Source: Planctomycetota bacterium
Lineage (GTDB): Bacteria > Planctomycetota > JAJSAM01 > JAJVHW01
Direction of reading: 5' to 3'
Assembly: GCA_965248445.1 (NCBI GenBank)
Contig: CBDFJG010000002.1
Span: 352,001 to 416,000 of the forward strand
DNA: 64,000 nucleotides
The first letter of the stretch is position 1. Each line of letters opens with the position of its first letter. Under the pieces are notes generated by a model. The model did no database searches. It worked only from the letters and a program-made list of their open reading frames with translations, and was not told where the DNA came from. Positions 56,549-64,000 of this stretch are shown piece by piece. Position numbers and translations under genes: made by a program.

Positions 56549-59500
56549 TCACTTGTCGGACGGGGGGGCAGCGAGCGTGACGTCGTCGGTGCCGCCGCGG
56601 ATGCTGCCGACGTCGATGCGCGTCGGATGGCCGTCGACGGTCAGCAGGGCGATCACGCGGTAATCGCGGTCGGCCAGGCCGTCGACGCGGAAGCTGCCGT
56701 CGGCGCTCGTGCGCGCCTCGCGGCGGAGGTGATCGGCGCCTTCGACCACGAAGTCTAGCCAACGATCGGGAATGGGGGCTCCGGCGGCGTCCGTGAGCGT
56801 CCCGCCGGCCGCGAGAGCGGGGCCGAGCCGCACGGTCGCCGGCGTGGACGGGTCGTGATCCGTCAGCCGTTCGGCCACGTGATCGGTTGCCGTGACGGTC
56901 AGGGTGACCGCGTCACGCGCGAGACCTGGGATGCGGAAGCGGCCGTCCTCGTCGGTAGTCACCGTCCGGCGAACGCGGCGTGGTGAAGTGAGTGTCACGG
57001 CGGCGCCAGCGATGCCGTGTCCGTTGGTGTCGGTGACGCTGCCGACGAGTTCCAGGCCTTCGCGCGCGATCAGTCGAACACCGGTCGCACCTGTTGCGAC
57101 GTCCTCGCCTCCGGTCACCTCGGCCGGAGCGCCGGGTGTGGAGGTGGGCAGTACCCGGATCCGGTAGCGCCCCGGCGGCAGCCCCGAGATCTCGAAGGTG
57201 CCGTCCGTTTCGCTTCGTGCGGTTCGGCCACCGGCCTCGAAGACCAGCCCGCCGACGGGGCGTGCGCCCTCGTCCACGACGACGCCGCCGATGGACTCGC
57301 CGTGGGTCAGCACGAGTTCCACGTCGCCGGCTCCCGCGTTCACTCCGACCGCGCGCGCGGGGAATGCGCCCGCGGCCTCTCTCGCGTACGGCGAGCTGCG
57401 GTTGGGTACCGCCACGAGGTCGTGCGGACCCGCCGCAAGGCCGGTCAGCACGAAGCGCCCGTCGCCGCTCGTCTGGGCGCGCGCCGCGAGCTCGCCCCTG
57501 GGTGCACCGGTCGGCGTGGCCTGCACGTCGACGTCGGCGACGCCGCCTCCACGGAATACGACGCGCCCCGCGATGCGCAGCCCGGGGTGGAGCGTCACGA
57601 CCAGATCGTCGCGCCCGGCCGCTACGTCACGCACTGTCGCGGACCGGACGTGGGGACCGTCGGCGGACGCCGGCGCGAAGTGCAGATCCACCGTCCCCGG
57701 GTGCAGGTCGCGCAGCACGAATGCGCCGTCGTGATCGGTCACGGTCGAGAGTCCGTGCAGACCGTGGCGGCTCACGCGCACACCGGCGAGGGGCGTGCCG
57801 TCCTCGGAGACGACGCGGCCACGGATCTCGGCGACGCGCACCAGACGCGCGGTCACCGGCTCGGGGGCTGCGGAGTCGACCGTGCTGCTCCACGTCAGGT
57901 AGCCGGCCGCGCGCACGTGCACCGCGACGCGCGGTGCGGATCCGTCTCCGCGGGCGGTGAACGTGCCGTCCTGCCGCGTCACTGCGGACACCAGGTCGAT
58001 CCGCGACGCCAGCGAGACGAGCGCGCCGGCGACCGCGCTTCCCGTCGCGCCGTCGACGACACGGCCGGTGACTTCCACGCCGTCACGCAGGACCATGTCG
58101 ATCTCGTAGAGATCTCGGCCGCGTGAGATGGGGATGTTGTCACTGCGCGTCGTCGGCAGGCCCGGTGTCTCGAGGTGGACGACGAAGCTGCCCGATGTAG
58201 TCCACTGCAGCTTTGCCTCGAACGTCCCGTCGGTGCCGACGGCCACGGGAGTCGAGACGCGCAGGTCCTCGGCTCCGGACGGACCGGCCACCACGCCGCC
58301 GGTGTGTGCGACGACGCGCGCGCGCACTTCGCGCGGCAGAGCGTCACCCGACTCGCTCCGCACGCTGCCGCGTACGCGCGCGAAGGGGAGCAGCGTGACG
58401 AGGACCTCGTCACTGTCGCCTTCCGCGGGCGCTGCGGCGCGGACGGTCGTGCGCACGTGACCCGGGGCCCAGACATACCACTCCTCGCTGGTCCCCGGGG
58501 CGACGCCCGCGAGCCGGAAGCGGCCCTCTGCGTCGGTCACCGCCGTGCCGAAGCGCGCTCCCGCGAGCGGTGTCTCGTCGGCGCCGACGATCCTCCCGAC
58601 GATCGCCGCCCCCGCCAAGACCGTGAGGTCGTGTGTCACAACAGCGCCGGGGCCGAGGTCCACGCTTGCGCCCGACCAGTCGCCGCGCGACGCGCCCAGC
58701 ATGAATGCCGGGTCGTAGAGATCGAGCCCGCGTGGGAGCGCGTACACCTTCCAGCTGCCCGACGTGAGTTCGGCGAACGCGAAGCTCCCGTCCTCCGCCG
58801 TGGTTGTGCGGCGGCGGCCCTGCGTGCCGGCGAGCCGCACCGAGACGCCGGCGATCACGCCGGCGGGACCGCGGACCACGCCCTCGATGCGAGCGGACGC
58901 GTCCGCAGCGCCCTCAGCCGCGTCGCGCAGCATGGCGATGTCGCGTCGCGTCGTCTGGCCCGCGGTCACGCTGATCTGTAGCCCGCGCGGTCCAGGCGGG
59001 CGGGGCGGAGACTTGTAGCCCGGGCGCGTCGCGGTGAGCTGGTTGAGGACACCCTCCGGCAGCGTGTCGATGCGGTACCTGCCGTCGGCGCCCGAGACGG
59101 CTTCGCCGCCGCCCTGCATGCCCCACCAGATCCCGGTGACGACGCGCACGCCCGAGAGCGGCGTGCCCGTCTCGGCGTCGGTCACCACGCCCTCGAGCAC
59201 CGCGGGCTCCGCGAGCACGATGTCGAGCGGGCCGTCCAGGGGCAGGATCACGTCTGCTCTGCGCAGCGGTTTCATCCCCGCGCGCCCGGCCCGGACCTCG
59301 TGACGGCCCCACGGCAGGTCGAGCAGCTCGTAGCCCCCGGCACCGTCGGTGACCGCGCGCCACGGGAAGCCGCGGCCGATCTGCACGACGGCGCGGGCGA
59401 TCCCGGTCCCGTCCGGTGACAGCACGCGTCCGCCGAGAGTGCATGCGGACGCGAGGAGCACATCGACGGTGAGCGAGACCCCGCGTCCCGGAGTGGTCAG

Positions 59501-59944
59501 CATCCGCACAGCGCGCGCATGGCGAGCGGCCGTCACGACGAGAGTGACCTCGGCGAACGGGGGGAGAGCGGCGACGTCGGCGACGCCGTCGGCACCCGTC
59601 GCGGCGCGGCCTTCGCGGTGCGGTGTGGCGGTGGCGATGTCCACATCGGAGTGGGGGACTCCCGTCCAGACGCTCACGTCGGCCGCGGCCACGGCGGCGC
59701 CGCTCGGGCCGCGGACGCGCACACGCAACGTGGCGCGTTCGTTCGCTTCGGCGGCCGGGGCGGGAGGCTCCGGTGCGGGCTCCCGGACGCGCCGGTCCGC
59801 CCCGTCATCGTGGGGCTCGACGGCCGGCCGGGGGGCAGGTGGCGCCGCGGTGCCGCCACCGCGCGTGGTCAGCCACACCAGGACGCCCAGGCCGATGACC
59901 AGCAGCAAGAGCACGCCCACCGCGGCGATCCTGCGGCCTCTCAT
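56549..59944 (-). CDS. Large carboxypeptidase-regulatory-like repeat protein
   Basis: TM; many GRVV...G.P..GA.V / TD.DG.F.L.GL..G repeats. Confidence 0.85.
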   Translation of the reverse strand: MRGRRIAAVGVLLLLVIGLGVLVWLTTRGGGTAAPPAPRPAVEPHDDGADRRVREPAPEPPAPAAEANERATLRVRVRGPSGAAVAAADVSVWTGVPHSDVDIATATPHREGRAATGADGVADVAALPPFAEVTLVVTAARHARAVRMLTTPGRGVSLTVDVLLASACTLGGRVLSPDGTGIARAVVQIGRGFPWRAVTDGAGGYELLDLPWGRHEVRAGRAGMKPLRRADVILPLDGPLDIVLAEPAVLEGVVTDAETGTPLSGVRVVTGIWWGMQGGGEAVSGADGRYRIDTLPEGVLNQLTATRPGYKSPPRPPGPRGLQISVTAGQTTRRDIAMLRDAAEGAADASARIEGVVRGPAGVIAGVSVRLAGTQGRRRTTTAEDGSFAFAELTSGSWKVYALPRGLDLYDPAFMLGASRGDWSGASVDLGPGAVVTHDLTVLAGAAIVGRIVGADETPLAGARFGTAVTDAEGRFRLAGVAPGTSEEWYVWAPGHVRTTVRAAAPAEGDSDEVLVTLLPFARVRGSVRSESGDALPREVRARVVAHTGGVVAGPSGAEDLRVSTPVAVGTDGTFEAKLQWTTSGSFVVHLETPGLPTTRSDNIPISRGRDLYEIDMVLRDGVEVTGRVVDGATGSAVAGALVSLASRIDLVSAVTRQDGTFTARGDGSAPRVAVHVRAAGYLTWSSTVDSAAPEPVTARLVRVAEIRGRVVSEDGTPLAGVRVSRHGLHGLSTVTDHDGAFVLRDLHPGTVDLHFAPASADGPHVRSATVRDVAAGRDDLVVTLHPGLRIAGRVVFRGGGVADVDVQATPTGAPRGELAARAQTSGDGRFVLTGLAAGPHDLVAVPNRSSPYAREAAGAFPARAVGVNAGAGDVELVLTHGESIGGVVVDEGARPVGGLVFEAGGRTARSETDGTFEISGLPPGRYRIRVLPTSTPGAPAEVTGGEDVATGATGVRLIAREGLELVGSVTDTNGHGIAGAAVTLTSPRRVRRTVTTDEDGRFRIPGLARDAVTLTVTATDHVAERLTDHDPSTPATVRLGPALAAGGTLTDAAGAPIPDRWLDFVVEGADHLRREARTSADGSFRVDGLADRDYRVIALLTVDGHPTRIDVGSIRGGTDDVTLAAPPSDK

Positions 59945-60053
59945 TCCCGGTCCCTCCGACACGTCCCCTCGGGAGCGACCTGCTCAGACCGTCGCGCCCT
60001 TCACTCCATACAACGGACGAGGCCGGCGAGGGATCACTCGAGCGCCTGCCGAT

Positions 60054-60683
60054 TCAACGCCAAGCGACAAACCGCCCGTTCAGGAACGTGAAGCGATGTT
60101 CGGCTTTCGCCCCGCTCTCGTCTTCGAGCCAGTACGACCAGATCTCTGTGCCGCCCCCGCCCGCCCGTCCCGATCGCGGGACCCCGAAGTACTCGATCAC
60201 GTCGTCCGGCGACCTGTGGAACCACTTCCTGATGTAGTTCGAGTTCGCATGGTTGCTCGTCAGTTGACGGATGCGGTCGTCCCGCTGTGCCGACCGCAAC
60301 GGCGGTCCCTCGGCCGCCCAGCGCAGGAATCCGTCCGACTTCGTCCGTCGCTCGTCCGCGGTGAGTCCGTCCACAAGGTCCGGGTCCGGTTTCGGCGGGG
60401 GACTCACCCGTCCCGGTCGGGCTGCCGCGACGCGCGCGTCGGTCGGCGACACGGGCGCATCCCCTCGCGGCAGGTCGCCCAGCCGCCGGTGGATGCGCTC
60501 CAGCAGCTTGCGCATCTCTACGGTCTCTGCGTGCAACGCAGCGAACTCCGCGGAGGACTCGGCACCTGACGGCGCGTTGCGGGGATCGCCGTCTCCGGTC
60601 CGGGACAGCACAGCGAAGAGGATGGCAGCGGACACGCCCGCTCCCACGAGGAGCGCGGTGAGGACAGTGATCGTACGGTTCAT
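60054..60683 (-). CDS. Membrane-anchored hypothetical protein
   Basis: N-terminal TM; FG.P....EIWSY...FTF.NG resembles a SmpA/BamE-like tail. Confidence 0.6.
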   Translation of the reverse strand: MNRTITVLTALLVGAGVSAAILFAVLSRTGDGDPRNAPSGAESSAEFAALHAETVEMRKLLERIHRRLGDLPRGDAPVSPTDARVAAARPGRVSPPPKPDPDLVDGLTADERRTKSDGFLRWAAEGPPLRSAQRDDRIRQLTSNHANSNYIRKWFHRSPDDVIEYFGVPRSGRAGGGGTEIWSYWLEDESGAKAEHRFTFLNGRFVAWR

Positions 60684-60763
60684 GAGAGCCCCCGGGTGAC
60701 TGAGCGCGCATCGTCGCGCGACGTCCAGTATCCACGGAGTCGGCCGGCTCGCGGAGCCGCGCG

Positions 60764-60795
60764 AACGGTGAAGGAATCCACCGGTCTCGGTCTTC
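60764..60795 (+). repeat. 32-bp site F
   Basis: AACGGTG-AAGGAATC-CACCGGTCTCGGTCTTC. Confidence 0.85.
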
Positions 60796-60894
60796 ACTGC
60801 TCGCACCATCGAGGCCAGAACATTGCAAAGGCACGGGTGTCCCGAGTTCACGACGACTCCAGCTGCGGACGGTTCTCCGAGGTACGGTAGTGCC

Positions 60895-61617
60895 GTGGTG
60901 GTTCACACCTTCCATCTGGCGAAACCCGGGTTCGTTCCGGCGATGACGGCGCTGCTGCGACCGCCCGCGCCAGCCAAGGTTGCCGGCTTGCACCACGCCG
61001 AGTGCATGCTGCCGATGCAGCTCGGCACTGCCGTCATCTCGCCCGGGCGGTGGCAGGTCCGAGGCCTTGCGATGTTCGCGGCGTGGGAGGACGAGGCCGC
61101 GGTCGACGACTTCCTCGCGGGCACCCCTCTCGGCCGAACGCTGGCGAGAGGTTGGCACGTGCGCCTGCAGTTCCTCCGCCGCTGGGGCCATGTCTCCGAG
61201 TTCGATGGCCTGCCCCCGACCGCGGGCGAGACCGATCCCGGCGCGCCGGTGGTCGCGGTGACCCTCGCCCGCCTCGCGCTGCTGCAGGTCCCACGCTTCA
61301 TCCGGTGGGGGAAACCGGTCGAGCGCCTCGTCCGCGATCACCCCTCCACCACGTTCGCGCTGGCCGCCGCCCGGCCGTGGCGGACGATCTCGACGTTCAC
61401 GGTGTGGGAATCGGCCCGCGCAATGACCGACATGGTCCACGGCCGCAGCGCCGTCCCGACCCCCGACCGCCACGCCACGGCCATGGTCGAGCGGCGACGC
61501 AAGGACTTCCACGTCGAGTTCACCACGCTGCGCTTCACCTGCATCGCCGAGTACGGCGCGTGGGCGGGTCGGACTGCGATCGTGCCGCGTGGTCGTGACG
61601 CGGGGCCGGAGGTGTAG
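60895..61617 (+). CDS. Spheroidene-monooxygenase (CrtA)-like dimeric alpha-beta barrel protein (start uncertain)
   Basis: FAAWEDEAAVDDF, TFTVWES..AM, H..AM, F..LRF. Confidence 0.6.
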   Translation: MVVHTFHLAKPGFVPAMTALLRPPAPAKVAGLHHAECMLPMQLGTAVISPGRWQVRGLAMFAAWEDEAAVDDFLAGTPLGRTLARGWHVRLQFLRRWGHVSEFDGLPPTAGETDPGAPVVAVTLARLALLQVPRFIRWGKPVERLVRDHPSTTFALAAARPWRTISTFTVWESARAMTDMVHGRSAVPTPDRHATAMVERRRKDFHVEFTTLRFTCIAEYGAWAGRTAIVPRGRDAGPEV

Positions 61618-61793
61618 CGCGCCCGCTTGGAAGGCTCGGGGCGGTCGCAACCAAGCCAACCTAGAGGGTCTCGATCTCGCTCCGGCGATCTGGCCATCCC
61701 ACCGTTCTCGCTATTCGAGGTCGACCCGGACGCCGGCACCGCGTGTGGTTCGGACGACTCTGGATAGCCGCCCGGTGTGGGGCGAACACCACC

Positions 61794-61825
61794 CACGGTG
61801 ATGGAATTCACCGCTCTCCGTATTC
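61794..61825 (+). repeat. 32-bp site H (half-site G at 61700-61716)
   Basis: CACGGTG-ATGGAATT-CACCGCTCTCCGTATTC; CACCGTTCTCGCTATTC. Confidence 0.8.
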
Positions 61826-61869
61826 GAGACGGCTCCCGTAGGGTAGCGGGCGAGGGAGGTCGGCGCCGG

Positions 61870-64000
61870 GTGCGACTGCATGGGGCCGTGGTGACGGGTC
61901 TGTTGGCGATCGCGCTCGCCGTATGCCCGAGCGTCGAGCCCGCCGTGGCGCGCGGGCCGGCGGACGCCGCGAAGAAGCTCCTGGCCGAGGGCAAGCACGG
62001 CGAGGCACTGCAGACGGCGCTCACTGCGCTGCGTACGCAGCCCGACGACCTCGACCTGCTGGAGATCGCGGCGCGCGGAGCGGCGGGCGCCGACCGCAAG
62101 GACGATGCGCTGTGGCTAGTGCTCGAAGCCACGCGGATCGCGACCGGTCGCCGCCGCGACCACCCGAAGCTCGCCGCGCTCGGGACGTTGCGTGAGGAGC
62201 TGGATCCCCTTCCGGCCGAACAACGACCCGACATCGCGCGCCATGCGGAGCAGATCCTGGCACTTGGGCGGCGGTCGCTCGAGAAGCGCTACTTCGTCAA
62301 CGCGGTGGAGTTGCTTGCGCGCCTCGAGTACTCCCACGTCGCCGTGCACGCGGAGTCGCTGCTCGAGCGGATCTACGCGGACGAGAATGCCGTCGCGGCG
62401 CTGCTGGACTCCTCCGTGCCGCTGCCGGTCACCACGACGTTCGAGAAGCGCCGCCGCAAGAGTGCGCGGGAGGAGGCGAAGCACACCGATTGGAAGAAGG
62501 CCTGGAAGCTCAAGTCGCGCAACTACACCGTCCTGTGCAACGCGGGGTACGAGCTGACCGAGCGTGCCTCGCTCGCCATGGAGCGCATCAACGGCTTCTA
62601 CCGCGGGGTCTTCGACTACAAGGCGAAGAAGCGCCGGAGCAAGACCAAGCACTGCCAGGTGCGGATCATGAAGTCACGGGCGGAGTACCTCGCGAACGGG
62701 GGCCTGGAACGCGCACTCGCGCACTACTCCCCGAGCGAGGTCGCGGTCGTCGGCTACGACCCACGCTCGCAAGGACGGCCTCTCTCGTCATTGTGGCCCA
62801 TGCTCTTCCACGAGGCCTCGCACCAGTTCACGGACTTGATCGCGAAGGCGCCCGTACCCAGCTGGCTCAACGAGGGCACGGCGTCGTACTTCGAAGGCAC
62901 GCAGCTGCGGGTGGACGGGGGGATCGACACGAACCTCGTGCCGATGGGCCGTCTGGACGATCTCGTGACCGCGCTGCAGACGGGGGAGCCGTCCGTCAAG
63001 GCGGTTGTCTCCCACGACCTGCCTGGCTCCTATCCGACCGAGTACTACTCCGTCGGCTGGGGACTCGTGTACTTCGCGCTCAACTACGAGGACGAGAAGG
63101 GCGAGCGCGTCTACGAGATGCCCTACCGGGAGTTCATGGACACGTACCGGCAGGGCAAGACCAAGCCGAAGGCGTACGAGCGCTTCGTCGAGCACTTCGT
63201 CGAGGGACCCGCGCAGGAGGGAGTCACCACGTTCGACGAGTTTGCGGAGCGCTTCACCGACTGGATCTACGCGCTGAACGACCTGCACCGCGGTCCGCCC
63301 GATCGGTCGCACGACCTACTTCTCCAGGCACGCGTCCGGCGGGAGCGCGGCCATCTGGAGCGGGCCGACGCGAGTCTGCGCCATGCCATCCGCAAGGACC
63401 CGGGCAACGTTGCGGCGCTGCTCGAGCTGGCGGAGCTCTGCACGGCCCGCGGACAGAAGGACGAGGCGCTCGCCCGGTTGCGCATGGTGGTCGAGCAGGC
63501 GGCAAGGGTCGGCGAAGTCGCCCTCCGCAACGAGGGGCTCGACTACGAGACGGTCGAGGCGCTGCTCGCGGACGCTTCCGCGCGCATCGTGGCACTCGAC
63601 GCGGACTTTGGCGCGACGCTGTCCGAGGTGGATGCCGGGTTCGCAGTGAGAATCGAGGCGTCGGCGGACGCCTACCGGGACGCGGGCTACTCACGTACCG
63701 CGACGCGGGTCATCGACGACGCGATCTCGATCCTCGACGGGCACGACGATCTCGAGATGGAACGACAGATCATCTGGGATCAGGACGGCCTCGCCGTCCT
63801 GCTCTGGCGGGAGGTCACGGTCGGTGACGACCTTGTCGGTTGGTGGAGCACGCCGGAGTTCAAGGCCGAGGGAGGCGCGCTGATCGGGAGCGTGCCCGAA
63901 GACGAGCTGCGCGCAGCGCTCCGGCAGGGCAACCTCCCGCCGCGCTACCACTTCGAGGCCCTGCTCACCGCGACGCGTCGCGGGGAGTACGGGATGTTCG
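61870..64000 (+). CDS. Secreted TPR / DUF1570-like HExxH metallopeptidase (runs off the window; absent from the ORF track)
   Basis: GGGAGG RBS and GTG; signal peptide; LFHEASHQF...PSWLNEGTASYFE...YSVGWGLVYF. Confidence 0.8.
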   Translation, partial: MRLHGAVVTGLLAIALAVCPSVEPAVARGPADAAKKLLAEGKHGEALQTALTALRTQPDDLDLLEIAARGAAGADRKDDALWLVLEATRIATGRRRDHPKLAALGTLREELDPLPAEQRPDIARHAEQILALGRRSLEKRYFVNAVELLARLEYSHVAVHAESLLERIYADENAVAALLDSSVPLPVTTTFEKRRRKSAREEAKHTDWKKAWKLKSRNYTVLCNAGYELTERASLAMERINGFYRGVFDYKAKKRRSKTKHCQVRIMKSRAEYLANGGLERALAHYSPSEVAVVGYDPRSQGRPLSSLWPMLFHEASHQFTDLIAKAPVPSWLNEGTASYFEGTQLRVDGGIDTNLVPMGRLDDLVTALQTGEPSVKAVVSHDLPGSYPTEYYSVGWGLVYFALNYEDEKGERVYEMPYREFMDTYRQGKTKPKAYERFVEHFVEGPAQEGVTTFDEFAERFTDWIYALNDLHRGPPDRSHDLLLQARVRRERGHLERADASLRHAIRKDPGNVAALLELAELCTARGQKDEALARLRMVVEQAARVGEVALRNEGLDYETVEALLADASARIVALDADFGATLSEVDAGFAVRIEASADAYRDAGYSRTATRVIDDAISILDGHDDLEMERQIIWDQDGLAVLLWREVTVGDDLVGWWSTPEFKAEGGALIGSVPEDELRAALRQGNLPPRYHFEALLTATRRGEYGMF

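Noticed and set aside
49798..61825. 32-bp palindromic repeats as a CRISPR array or integron attC array
   Set aside because: Copies are irregularly spaced up to kilobases apart and in both orientations; no cas or intI gene; no attC core motifs.
62490..63827. 445-aa ORF and other long Arg/Ala/Pro-rich shadow ORFs across the window
   Set aside because: Alternative-frame or antisense artefacts of high GC; the real gene is the frame starting at 61870.

Overview
High-GC bacterial DNA. The gene content suggests Planctomycetota by inference (OmcB-like DUF11 lipoprotein, ECF sigma factor with a TM/TPR extension, carboxypeptidase-regulatory-like proteins, DUF1570-type protein, PEP-CTERM-like protein). 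Layout: (1) 1-6.9 kb is a prophage-like operon of coupled small ORFs with an IS1380-split GIY-YIG nuclease, a replication-initiator-like gene, a hairpin-rich non-coding locus containing a chimeric tRNA/tmRNA-like cloverleaf, and an IS1595 remnant. (2) 6.9-28.9 kb holds mixed secreted and housekeeping-type genes, including a RIO1 kinase behind a candidate leader peptide. (3) 28.9-30.8 kb is a second phage or satellite remnant (primase/helicase, excisionase). (4) 32.5-40.7 kb is core-like (usp, CDF, GGQ release-factor-like, xth, kynU-kynB). (5) A displaced 3' half of tRNA-Sec at 40.7-40.8 kb marks the probable end of a selC-integrated island extending rightwards. Nine IS copies or remnants occur (3 IS1380, 3 IS3-family, 2 IS66, 1 IS1595). 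The most striking unexplained signal is a 32-bp palindromic intergenic repeat (CACGGTG-N8-CACCGnTCTCnGTnTTC) recurring in both orientations at 49.8-61.8 kb and bracketing gene modules like recombination cassettes. All calls come from reading the sequence; no database search was run.
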